A stretch of 47,479 bases of DNA, the filler included, from Catajapyx aquilonaris (lineage: Eukaryota): the NCBI GenBank assembly GCA_000934665.2. It is 2 parts of 2 records of this genome, joined end to end, with 100 filler letters (N's around TTAATTAATTAA, not from the genome) between each part and the next. Parts side by side here need not be neighbours in the genome. Positions count along the whole stretch, not along the records: positions 23,501 to 47,479 come from JYFJ02005681.1; 1 more part is not named here. The stretch is one strand, 5' to 3'. Under the pieces are notes generated by a model. That model was given only the letters and a program-made list of their open reading frames with translations, was not told the origin of the DNA and searched no databases. A program made the position numbers and the translations under genes. Below, one piece after another: positions 23,598-34,913 of this stretch (within the stretch, counting starts at the first letter, position 1; each line of letters begins with the position of its first letter).

Positions 23598-26500
23598 ATG
23601 ATGCGGGGCCACCAGGCGGCGGCTGCGGCAGCGGCCCAGCAGCACCAGCAACAGCAACAGCACTTGGTGAACGCCCGAGCCAAGACGGCCCTGGCCAACT
23701 TGCTCAACAACCGTCTGCAGGGAGGTCCGGCTCCTCCCGTGGCCCCTCCCCCAGTGGTATCTCCGACCCCGCCTCCCCCGTCTCCAGGCCACGTCTCCCA
23801 CATGGTAGTCCCGTCCACCCACCCACATCCGCTCACACCTCCCAGTCCGGCTCCTCCCAACTCACACTCTCCGCTCCATGCTCCGCCACCCATGATGACC
23901 CCACCCGAGCCGCTGAGCGCCGCCAATCAGCTGCGGATGCTCACAGCTCACCACCACCACCACCTTCGTCCACCGGTCATGCCCATGCAGGTGGGTGTGC
24001 CTCGAAGGCACTGAAAATGGCAGCATTGTGTACTAATGGCAATATTTGGATTAGAAAAAAGCGCAAATCACACACATGGTTTTTTTCCCTAACGAGCAGG
24101 ATTAGATCTTATTGCACACCGTAATTGAATGTACAAATTTGCGAGGGGTTAGTCACTTACGAATTCCTTCATTCACCGAGACTCATTGGAGGCAAAAAGT
24201 TCGTGATGTCTGGTTGAAGTCCAGTGAAGTCCAGTTGAAATCCGACTGAAGTCCGTGCAGTCCAGTGAAGTCTTTGAAATCCAGCTGAAGTCCAGTGAAG
24301 TCTTTGAAGTCTACTGCAGTCCAGTGAAGTCCAGTTGGATTCCGACTGAAGTCTTTGAAGTTCAGTGAAGTCTGACTGAAGTCTTTGAAGTCCATGTGAA
24401 GTCTTTGAAGGCCAGTTGAAATCCAGCTGAAATTCGACTGAAGTCCGTGAAGTCCAGTGAAGTCTTTGAAGTCCAGTTGAAATCCAGCTGAAGTCCAGTG
24501 AAGTCTTTGAAGTCTACTGCAGTCCAGTGAAGTCCAGTTGGATTCCGACTGAAGTCTTTGAAGTCCAGTGAAGTCCTTGAAGTCTACTGAAGTCCAGTTG
24601 TAATCTGGACAAAAAATTTGTGATGTCCGACTGAAGTCTGTGAAGTCCAGACAAAAAAAGTTTGTGAAGTCCGGTTGAAGTCCGACTGAAGTCTTTGAAG
24701 TCCATGAGGTCCGGACAAAAAGTTCGTGAAGTCCAATGAAGTACAACTGAAGTCTGTCGTATGGTACAGTATGAAGTGACTAACCCCTTGGCAAATTGTT
24801 TCTGATAATTGCAAATGTAAAAAATGTGAAGCTAATGTTTACATTTTAGCGGTTTGTTACGACATTGTGAATTTGCGATTACTTCATGAATAATTTACGT
24901 GTCTAAATCTTCAGGGTGTTTAACTCTCAATTCCGCAGCAGCCCCAGCACATGCTTGCTCTCCAGCGTCGCGGGATGGTCCCAGGGGCAATGGCTGTGCC
25001 TGGCCCGATGGCAATGGCCCAGAGGCAGCCTGCCCCTGGTCCGCCCCCGGGCGTGGTGATGGGGGGACCCAAGCAGGTGGTGCCAGGAGTCGGACCAGTG
25101 TTGGCCCCGCCAGCCCCTCAAGGGAAGCCCATGTTCGCTCGGATGGCCATGGGGGCCGGACCCAGGCCCATTCCGCCTCCTGGACCAGCACCGCCAGTGA
25201 TGCACCGGGTTCAGTACTTCGGCCATGAGCCGGGGTTTAAACGTAAGTGTAGCTATCGTTCGGAAGCAACATTAGTGACACCTCTACTTTGCAGCTCAAC
25301 CAAGGAAATGTTAGTGACACTTCCACGTTTCAGCACCGAACCCTGTCCTCTTTCTGGTTGGATGCGTGTTCCTGGTGACTGATTACGAGCGGAGTGTGCC
25401 TCTGGAGGAGCTGAACCAGTGGCGGGGAGTCATGAGGAAGCATGGCGGTGAGGTCGAGTCCTGCTACATACAGAGGGTAACCCATGTTGTGTGCGAGTCG
25501 CAGAGAAGTGCGCTGGTCCAGCAGGCGCTCAGAGAGGGGAAGAGGTGCGTGACTGCATTCTGGCTGTCCGATGTGGTTCTCCGCCGCTGCCTGCGTCCAC
25601 CCTGGCAGGCATCGCACTTCCCGACACCGTTTGCGTCTCACGAGCGGCCCTGCAAGCATCTGATCATCTCCGCATCCGGGTTCGAAGGGGAGGAACGTGT
25701 TCGAGTGCGGCTCATGGTGCAAGGGATCGGAGCCAAGTACACGTCGTACTTCAGCCGGCACAACGACCTCCTGGTTATCAGAAGGTAAGGGCTTTTCCGC
25801 ATTTCCGAGGCGACCATTACAAATTGTGTTTCCAGCTCCAGGACTGAAGGATCCAAGGTCCAGAAGGCGCGGGAATGGAAGAAACCGGTGGTGAACGTAC
25901 AGTGGTTGGGCGACCTACTGTTGGGTCAGTTCGGCGCCTTGAAGCAGATGCACAACCCCAAGTACCAGCAGATGATGCCGTTCGATTCGGATCCGTTCCA
26001 GGTCGACTACTCCATACTGCAAGTACTAATGGGTGAGTCCGCAGTGAAGTACTATGTGGCCTGTGGTCTAATCTCATGTTTGCAGCGGCATGGCGAGTTC
26101 CGATTCAAATCAACAAGGAGATGATTGAGCGAGCGCAGGTTGTTAGCAACCAGGTCATGAGCTCGGTACCGATTCGGAAACGTTCGGCTCCAACTGAAGG
26201 CGGAGATGCAGAGAGGGAAGCCAAAAGGCCTTGCTTGTCGCCGAGCCAGGCTGAGGACATTCGTCTCAGTGGGGACACTCCGGCCGTCCAGGTCAACCCG
26301 GCTAACAAGCCAAAGGTCATCTTCTCCGGCATACGGAGCACCGAGCTGGCTAAGGTAAGTTGTGTCTTCAAGAACGGGATGGGACTTCCGCCATTTTGCG
26401 TTTACAGAAAGTGCAGCGGTTGGGCGGAGAGGTGGCGAACTCATACCAGGAGGCGACCCACCTGGTGATGACCCGTATGCAGCGGACAGTCAAGTTCCTC

Positions 26501-27076
26501 TGCTGCATCTCGTACTGCAGGCACGTCGTGTCGGATCAGTGGGTTGAGGAGAGTCATAAGAACGGCTCATTCTTAGGTATGTCCACCGGATGTCGTTTCC
26601 AGACAAGTCTTGACCAGTATCCGTTACAGATGAGGGCCAGTTTGCGCTGAACGACCAGAAGATGGAGCGTGCCTTTGAGTTCAGCCTGTCCGAGGCTATG
26701 TCCAAACCCGTAGTCGAGAAGAGGTCGCTGTTCAAGGGCAAGACGTTCTATCTGACACCTGGAGTTGTGCCGTCGAAGCAGGCTATGACCGAGGTTATAC
26801 TGAGCGGCGGAGGCGTAGTCGAACCAAAGAGAAGGAGCATGAAGCAGGCCAAAGCTGACCCCAACGGCTACCTTGTGATAACATGCGACGGGGATCTGCA
26901 TCTCGTAGCCGATCTAATTCAAGCTCGAGTCTGTAAGTACCGACTTTGTACTTAACATGTACAAGGTCGTAACCCGGGGTTCCATTGCAGCCGTGTACAA
27001 CGCGGAGTTCGTACTGACCGCCGTGATGCGTCAGCAGCTGGACTACGAGTCATCAGTCATCCTCCAGCCGTCTTGA
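23598..27076 (+). CDS. PAXIP1: PAX-interacting protein 1 (PTIP), Q/P-rich region plus four C-terminal BRCT domains; probably 5'-partial
   Basis: Exons 23598-23990, 24939-25242, 25334-25784, 25842(or 25836)-26032, 26086-26354, 26408-26576, 26630-26932, 26991-27076. Motifs recalled from PTIP: FGHEP..LFLVGCVFLVTDY, THVVCESQ..KRCVTAFWL, VNVQWLGDLLLG, AWRVP, RTVKFLC, FKGKTFYLTPG, VYNAEFVLTAVMRQQLDYES*. Confidence 0.93.
24133..24799. mobile_element. TIR element filled with tgaagtc minisatellite, in PTIP intron 1
   Basis: Inverted ends aggggttagtcactt (24144) / aagtgactaacccct (to 24788). Interior is dozens of 9-11-nt units tgaagtc(cag/ttt/cgac). Confidence 0.75.
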
Positions 27077-27563
27077 ACACATCATCCAGTGAATCATGTA
27101 ATTAGGTGTAGTCATTGATAATAATGTTGCCAAAAAAAAAGGGCGGTTAGTTTGCGAAAAGGAATTTGTCCATAACTATTTTCTTGGAGGAAAATCTGTT
27201 TTGAAGTTTTTGACAGTTTGGCATTGTTTTGTACCCTGTAGGTTATATTTAGGAAATACATTCATGAGTACATGTTCAAATATTTTTTTGTTAGAAATAA
27301 TTTGATACGTTATGTACAAGTTTTCATATTTTTATTAAGGATCCTCAATTGATCGGAGCGCTGACAGGTCATGCACTAATTAAATGCATGCGATTAGTTC
27401 GGTTTTTCCAAATATGGTACTGTTTATTAAGGAGTTCAATTGAGGGGCACAGTGCCTAAGCATTACAACAATCACATGGTGCTTAGGCACCTCTGGCGCC
27501 GCCTCAATTGCACGTAATGCGCTAATTACTGCCAGTACGTGCAATTATTAATTAAATTTTTTT

Positions 27564-28933
27564 TCAAAATCGGGCAGGCCTCTTTCTTCCTGTGAACTTG
27601 GTGTTGGGCTTCGATTCCTTTCCTTGCCGCCTTCTCCGCTCCTTCTTGTCCATAATCCAGTTGCGATTGCGGCGTACATCTTCGCCTCGTCGCACTCGAT
27701 TCCTGTTACAGATTAACGACATTTATATTACGTCCTGACCTTTTCTTTTCATAATGTGACCTCACCTCTTTTCATTCCTGACATGCTCCTCCTCTCCCGT
27801 GATTGCTTTGGGCATCTGCGCTGTCGACATTCCGACGTTTAGGACCAGAAAGAACTTCCGGGCTTTAGAGCTGTTCGGATAGTCCACAATCACGCCACCG
27901 CCGAACCCGCATGACATGGCCTGGTTCGTCAGAAGCTCAACCTGGTGGGTGTCCTCCGGATAGAACTGGAACACCGCACGGCTCCCACGCCGCTGCAAAG
28001 ACGACGGATAAATCCGGAACGTATTACCAGCATGCGGTACTTACCAGCGATGCGTAAAGCGTGGAGAAGAACTGCTTGAGCCGCCGAACCGGATTGTGCG
28101 AGGTCTTATCCGCATTGCACAGCCACTGGAGACAACTGATGCTGATTGCTCCGTCGAACTGCGCCGCCCTGAAAGGCAGACCTTGACCCAGGTCGCCCAG
28201 TACGAGGTCACCTTCCACTTCCCGCTCCAACGCCACGCCTGAAAAGCACACTCGTTTGAGCACCGTCCTGGGAATTCAGCCGAAGCGGCTTACCCAACAT
28301 GGCCTGCGATATGTCGACTCCGACCCAGAAGTGTCCATTTTCCTCCAGGACTGACCCGCTCAGACCTGACCCACACCCGAGGTCGAGGATCAAGCAGGGT
28401 GAATCCTCAGGAAGAGACAGGAGCTCAACGGCTCTTTCGGACATCTGACCTTGGATCTCGATCATCCGAGAGCTGCGGAAAGGAAACCCAAGTTACATGC
28501 TGCAAATACGACCGGACAAGTTGCAAGGTGGGTTCACTTACTTATGCGTGTACTTCTTAGCCTCGTCTTCATTGTAGAACTGAAACGGATGGCAAAGATA
28601 TTAATTGCTGCGTGCTTCAAAGTGTACGTCTTAGACCGAAGCATACTATTCTCTCTATAATAATTCATAATCATTAATTGGCACTGTGTACTTGCAAAGC
28701 GGCTTTGACCGAAGTGCACTACAGCGATATAATTAATCGCTGTGTACATGTAAAGTGTACGTCGTCGACCGAAGCATACTATTCTTCGTATAATAATTAG
28801 TAATTAATAAATATTAATTGCTGTGTACTTGCAGAGTGTACTCGGTACAATAAATAATAATTAATAAACATTAATTTCTGCGTACATGTAAAGTGTACGT
28901 CTTCAACCGAAGCATACTATACTCTGCATAAGA

Positions 28934-29012
<79 letters not shown>

Positions 29013-29422
29013 TTAATAATAATAATAATAAATATATCATTAATAAATATTAATTGCTGTGTACTTGCAGAGTGTATGTCTTCAGCCGGAGAGTACTGTA
29101 CTCTGTACATATCCAGCCGTAGTCCTTCCTAATATTGTTTGTTAATTATGTTAATATAATGTGCAATGTACGTATAATATTAAATATTATTTTTAAAGGG
29201 GCTCAACATGTGGGCAAATATATGACACGTGGGTCACTTTTCGATCGCCAAATTCACACTTCCTGCAGCTAAAATAGCCGGGTTTTTACATGAAACTGGT
29301 TCTGAATTAAGCGGGGGTTTATTTTTAATCCATTAAAATTAAGCTAGACTTTTAATTATAATAATTAAAAAACTCACAATTTCTGGCGGGGCTTTGTGCT
29401 CGGGACGTTTTGAGGACGCCAT
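27564..29422 (-). CDS. BUD23: 18S rRNA (guanine-N7)-methyltransferase BUD23/WBSCR22
   Basis: Exons 29422-29378, 28579-28542, 28472-28294, 28238-28045, 27992-27766, 27702-27564. [28 protein letters not shown] motif [64 protein letters not shown]. Confidence 0.96.
28595..29110. repeat. Degenerate tandem repeats plus (AT)n microsatellite (about 28940-29010) in BUD23 intron 1
   Basis: Recurrent attaattgctg.gtacttgca.agtgtac / accgaagcatactat units. Confidence 0.8.
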
Positions 29423-29706
29423 CTTGGATCGATGCTCGTTTGTTTTGCCAACACATGTTGCCAGATTAAAATATTTGCCTCGTAAAAAATGCTAGTTATA
29501 AATATGTTTAACTGTCAGTATACAATTATGAGCTATTAAATTAATAAATTATTGATCGAGTTATTTTAAATACTTAAAATGTTAAATTTGAGCATGGAGA
29601 TAAGAACATGTTGGTCTGGCCACCCTGTTTAAGATGGCGGCGCCCGTTTGTAATGCTTTTTTTGGCCGTTTGATTTAATTAGTAATTAATTTAAATTTTT
29701 GTGGAG
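29423..29706. promoter_or_regulatory. Bidirectional promoter between BUD23 and GNL1
   Basis: Only 284 bp separate the divergent ATGs. AT-rich core flanked by an inverted pair gttgccaga (29457-29465) / tctggccac (29615-29623) and by YY1-like AAGATGGCG on each strand. Confidence 0.7.
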
Positions 29707-32706
29707 ATGCCACAGGGTCGTCGTCGTGTCCCGTTCAGCGGTAAGGCGAAGAAGGAGCAGATGAAGAACAAGAGGGCCAAGAAGAAAGGTGGAGGTCACG
29801 ATGAAGCAGGTCAGATGGGGTCACGAATTGACCTTTTCATGTCGTATATGCATACTTAACACATGTCATTTACTTGTTTATTTTCTAATCAGGTGAGGGC
29901 ACGTCGAACCAGCAGTTTTTCACACCCGGTACGTTAGAGTCGGAGAGTCCACCCGAAGCATCCCGACCGCCGCTGGGTCACAACCTGAAGGACTCGCTGT
30001 CAAGCGGACGGTATGCGCTTCAGTTTAGGAAGGAAACGGCGGAGGAAGTTCAGAGACGGAAGAAGGAAGCGACGCTGCCTGTCGTCCGGCTTAACAGCGA
30101 GGACGGACTGGAGCTGGACTCGGCACAGTTTTATCCGGAAGGGATGGACTTTCCGAAGAGGCCTTCGTGGGACTATGGGATCGGCAAGGAGGTTCTGGAC
30201 GCGAAGGAGAACAAATATTTCAGGGTCGGTGTAGAATGCGTTACGCCAATTGTGCGATAACTGAACCTCATTACGCTAATTGGGCAGTAACTGAACCTCA
30301 TTATGCTAATTGAGCAGTAACTGAAATTCATTGCACTAATTGTGCCGTAACTGAACTCACTTTCAATTTCCACAGGAATATTTGGATGAATTGGAAGGTA
30401 AATTTGGGAGCGGCTTGAGTCACTTTGAGCTCAACCTGGAGACCTGGAGGCAGCTCTGGAGGGTACTGGAAATGTCGGACATTATCCTCGCCATCGTGGA
30501 CATTCGCTTTCCTGTACGAAGCGTTTGCCTTGAATTAACGAGGCTTTCCGTGACTAAAATGACGTCGTCTCGTTACAGTCGCTGTGCTTTCCGCCTGCCC
30601 TTTACGACCACATTCTGGACGATCTCAAGCTGGGCCTGGTGCTGGTTCTGAACAAGGTGGACCTGAGCCCTCCGCACCTGGTCCTGGCCTGGAAGAGGCA
30701 CTTCCAGGAGCTGTACCCAAAGGCGGAGGTGGTCTGCTTCACTTCCATGCCCGGCTACAACCTGCGGGGAGGAGGAGTCCTCACCAACAAAGGTCGGTCA
30801 CAACACTCTGGTGTGACAAGGTATACATGGTGACAATAATGCTGACGACGGGGGTGTTCGTTTCAGGGGGTCTGCAGGTGCGGAGGAGGAAGGGGAGGCC
30901 CAAGATGGCCTTCGAAGGTGCAGAGGCCCTTATGGAAGCCTGCCAAAGGATAGTTAACGGGAAAGGTGAGAAATTCATTATACACATCTACATAGTTGTA
31001 TGAGTTACTTATTAGTTGGGTTGTTTGTTGGTTAGTTAGTTTAGTTAATTTTTTTAGTTCATTAGTTTGCTTGTTTATTTGTTAGTTAGTTTAGTTAATT
31101 TTTTTAGTTCATTAGTTTGCTTGTTTATTTGTTAGTTAGCTATTCATTACTGTGCTAGTTAATTTGTTAGTTTGTTAATTTGTTAGTTTGTTAACTAGTT
31201 TGTTAGTTTGTTAGTTAATTTGTTAACTAATTTGTTAGTTTGTTAGTTAATTTGTTAACTAGTTTGTTAGTTAATTTGTTAGTTAGTTTGTTAATTTGTT
31301 AGTTAGTTTGTTAATTTGTTAGTTAATTTGCTAGTTTGTTTGTTAATTTGTTAGTTTGCTAGTTAATTTGTTTGTTAATTTGTTAGTTTGTTAACTAGTG
31401 TGTTAACTAGTTTGTTAGTTAATTGGTTAGTTTGTTAGTTAATTTGTTAGTTAATTTGTTAGTTTGTTAACTAGTTTGTTAGTTAATTTATTACTAGTTT
31501 GTTAGTTGATTTGTTTGTTTACTAGTTTCTTGGTTAATTTGTTAAATAGTTTTATTAGTTTGCTTGTTTAATAGTTTTATTAGTTTGCTCGTTTAATAGT
31601 TTGTTAGCTAAATAATTGTTTAATAGCTTGTAACCATGATTGTTTATTATTTTGTTAGTTTAGTTTGTAAGTTTCAATGTCTCTCAAGGTTCCTTTCCTA
31701 GTTCTGTTACTGTGTTACCGTTACTAGTTATAGCGCGTGGTATCTAAATTGTGTTGTCTTATTTACTTGCTGCCTTGTTACAGTCGACCTCAGCGCTTGG
31801 AGGGAGAAGATAAACGAGGCTAAGCTTCAATCGGAGCAGCATGAAGCTGAAGAGCCTGAGCTGAAGCTGGAAGATGTCCCGGAGTCCGACTTCTCGCTGA
31901 CCCTCGGCTGCATTGGGACTCCGAATTCAGGCAAGTCATCGCTTCTGAACTCGTTGCTGGGTCGAAAGGCCGTGTCGGTCTCCAAGACGCCCGGACACAC
32001 CAAGTATTTCCAGACCATCTTTCTGCTCGGAGGCGCCAACAAAGTGAGGCTATGCGACTGCCCTGGGCTTGTCTTCCCGTCGTTAATTACCAAACCAATG
32101 CAGGTAATTAATTTGTGTGTACGTCACAATAATTGGGTGTTTTGTAAGTCGCACTGATTTCTGACAGGTGTTGACTGGCAGCTTTCCGATAGCCCAGCTT
32201 CGTGAGCCGTTCTCATCCTTGGCCTTTTTGGCCCAGAGAGTTGACCTGCCGAAAATCCTCCGCCTTGAGTCGGACGAGGTCAGAAACAACATATGGAGTG
32301 CAATGCAGATGTGTGATAGTAAGTATGCTACATTATACCCGTAATGTATGTTACCTTGCAATTGCTATTCGCAGGCTGGGCAATCCAGCGAGGATACTTC
32401 ACATCCCGAGTGTCACGCCCGGATTCGAACCGTGCTGCGAATCAGATTCTGCGGATGGCCCTGGAAGGAAAGATACAGTGTTGCTTCAGGCCGAGCGGAT
32501 TCAGCCTCCGAGAGTCTGATTTGGAATCTGATCCGGAAGTGGACGAGATCAAGCGAATTCAAGCCAAATCGGACGCAGACAAGTCGACGCTGGAATTTCA
32601 TGCGGATTCAGATCAGTCCGATTCAGAAGGGATGGAGGCGGATTCAGGAGATTCAGAAGAAGGTTCTGTATCGGTTGCAAACAAGTTTTCACTCCTTACT
32701 GACTAG
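29707..32706 (+). CDS. GNL1: Guanine nucleotide-binding protein-like 1 (circularly permuted YlqF/YawG-family GTPase)
   Basis: Phase-consistent exons 29707-29809, 29893-30224, 30376-30513, 30579-30792, 30867-30965, 31784-32103, 32168-32318, 32375-32706. N-terminal PFSGKAKKEQ, FELNLETWRQLWRVLEMSDI, G4 NKVD preceding G1 GTPNSGKSS, SKTPGHTKYFQT, DCPGLVFPS. Confidence 0.93.
30241..30360. repeat. 30-bp minisatellite x4 in GNL1 intron 2
   Basis: ttacgctaattgggcagtaactgaacctca-like units in exact 30-nt register. Confidence 0.9.
31000..31670. repeat. Low-complexity (GTTA/TTTG)n array in GNL1 intron 5
   Basis: Visible directly in the sequence. Confidence 0.9.
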
Positions 32707-32904
32707 TTTGAGTAAACACCGTTGTTCGCTAGTTCTTTGTTGTCATTTTGGTTTTAACGACGACTTATCTATGAGCAATGGTTTATCGAATGTTCGGACC
32801 TGATGAGAACAGTGTACATTTAAAAAAATTGTTATCCTTACTTAATTTTAATCAGGGGCGTAACAAACAAGCCAGATACAATTTATGCATATTGTTTAAT
32901 TATC

Positions 32905-34341
32905 TCATACGAACAATTTACTGAGCGTGTCCTGAGTACGTGCGATCAACTGGTCCTTGTACCGCCAAATAATTGTGTCGACGACAGTGTCGTTCCGATA
33001 TTCTTGCTCACACTCGTTCACAAGGTACTCGTGACACGTTCTTCTGTAATGGTGCACGTAGGCATCGTTGGTACTGACCTCGTACCTGCTGCACTTGCTC
33101 AGACATGACAGTGGGTAGTGGTTGTTGAGGGTCAGGATAAGCCGTGGGTCGTAAAAGGATTTCATGGCATAATACTCATTGAACTTGCGGCTGCGAGTTA
33201 CGTGCCGAAGCATGTGCATGTAATCCGGTATGCCCTCCGATTGGGTGTACTTGTCATCGAAGAAGTACGTGTTACGAGCACCATACGATGCATACTGTCC
33301 TTTCTTAGTCATATCCTGCATCAATGCTGACCAGTTTGATCGTCGTACAGGCATGATCACTTCATCCGTATCGAGCAAAACCAGGTACCGGTAGCGGTAC
33401 ATGTTGCGGTACAGGCAGTCGTTGTATGACACTACTTCATCCTTACGCTTGTACTCCTTACGATGCTTCAGGAACAAATGTTGGAACCACGGCAAGTTTG
33501 GCTGGCCACCAGGCAGACTCGTTGGCGACACATGTACTATCCCTTTGTCTGCGTAGTACTGCAGCACTTTTTCCACATTTGGATGTACATTCAGGATGTA
33601 CGTGTACACTGTATCCGCACCGAGCAGATGCATCAGTTCAATCCATTCAATGAGACGTACCGACGGATCTTCATGTAAGAAGTCCATGTCTTTTACACAT
33701 ACTGCGAAGTCTTTCCGCACATCCGGATGGTCGTACACAACCCGTAGGTTGTTCCATGCCTTGTCGCAACGGTGTTCAACCAGCGATACTGAGCTCGGTA
33801 CAGCACCATATGGTACACGGCATGACAGCAGGTACGGATGAAGCATGTCCGCACTGCCGAGGAACTCTTTCTGGAATGTCAGACTGTAATCGTACACCCG
33901 GCTGACCACCGGTTCTGTCACATTGTCATACCACACCTGACAGTACGTAGTCACATTAGTGCGGATCACCTTGGTCATTGCTGTCATCCGCACTGTCGGT
34001 ACCAAACGTGTGTCGTAGTACGCACCGTACAGGTAGAACGTAGCTTTGGAAGTGTCCGCTACTTGCCAGTACAAACTGTCGAACCTGAGGTCGTACGCTG
34101 ATGGGTACCGGCCACACTTGGTCTTCCTCCGTGGTTCATCATCTGTCCAGTATGACGAGGGCAGGTTGTGCAGATTGCCCTTCAACGATTCTAGTATCTG
34201 CTCATCCGTCCACCAGCCTCTTGTAATGTTGGTGGTACGTTCAAATCCGGGAAATGTGACGGTGTAGTACAACAAGCCCATGCAAGCCAGTAGGGCAATT
34301 GCAAGTACTCGATTTGTTCGCAACCGCAGTCTGGATTTCAT
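32905..34341 (-). CDS. Glycosyltransferase family 92 (DUF23) type II membrane protein, 478 aa, single coding exon
   Basis: Uninterrupted ORF with an N-terminal TM anchor. GT92 motifs FAVCVK, RLIEWIELMHLLGA, YNDCLYR, LLDTDE (DxD), HHYR. Confidence 0.88.
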   Translation of the reverse strand: MKSRLRLRTNRVLAIALLACMGLLYYTVTFPGFERTTNITRGWWTDEQILESLKGNLHNLPSSYWTDDEPRRKTKCGRYPSAYDLRFDSLYWQVADTSKATFYLYGAYYDTRLVPTVRMTAMTKVIRTNVTTYCQVWYDNVTEPVVSRVYDYSLTFQKEFLGSADMLHPYLLSCRVPYGAVPSSVSLVEHRCDKAWNNLRVVYDHPDVRKDFAVCVKDMDFLHEDPSVRLIEWIELMHLLGADTVYTYILNVHPNVEKVLQYYADKGIVHVSPTSLPGGQPNLPWFQHLFLKHRKEYKRKDEVVSYNDCLYRNMYRYRYLVLLDTDEVIMPVRRSNWSALMQDMTKKGQYASYGARNTYFFDDKYTQSEGIPDYMHMLRHVTRSRKFNEYYAMKSFYDPRLILTLNNHYPLSCLSKCSRYEVSTNDAYVHHYRRTCHEYLVNECEQEYRNDTVVDTIIWRYKDQLIARTQDTLSKLFV

Positions 34342-34913
34342 GTTGCTTCACTAATAGATGAAACGTAATTAACCAGATGTAATGTCATAAAAAGTGCAGC
34401 ACATGCTCACCTATTTTACAACCATATGTGTATCACCTTCCAGCAACTAATTGCGCAATCAACTGCATCTTTTTCCGACGTGCAATTTCTATGCAGCGAT
34501 GCACATGTTACAACACCTTCGCTTTTTGTCGAAAATGGCATTCCAATAATGTAAATATCACATACGTACGCATGTGTAATGAGACCGCAACATATTGTAA
34601 TTTGCATAAGGTCTGGACCTTCCAAGTAAAAAAACGGCATCTGGCGTTTGACCTCGTTACTTTTTATTTATAGTTTCAACACACTATGAAGTCATAATGA
34701 GCAACAGTGATCGTCAACAATGGTTTTTGACCAAGGCTGGTCGATTCCTAGTTATTATCGTCTCCAGAAATAAGTTTGAAGCTAATCAACTTCTTTAATT
34801 TGTAATCAGCTTGATGCCGCATAAAATATCAACCGGTACACTATTGGCTTTGAGGGGGAAACTGTCGCCAACAATTAAATGTTTAAATAACAATACAACA
34901 TCGGTCAAAAGAG

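Noticed and set aside
24183..24746. 187-aa ORF with DFKDFTGL repeats
   Set aside because: Translation of a minisatellite antisense to a PTIP intron.
27437..27566. SECIS or selenocysteine readthrough at the BUD23 TGA
   Set aside because: The hairpin lacks the AUGA/GA quartet and apical AA, and the protein already ends at the normal BUD23 C-terminus.
30241..30360. CRISPR-like regularly spaced 30-bp repeats (also 43020-43230)
   Set aside because: Head-to-tail units without unique spacers, inside eukaryotic introns, and no cas genes.
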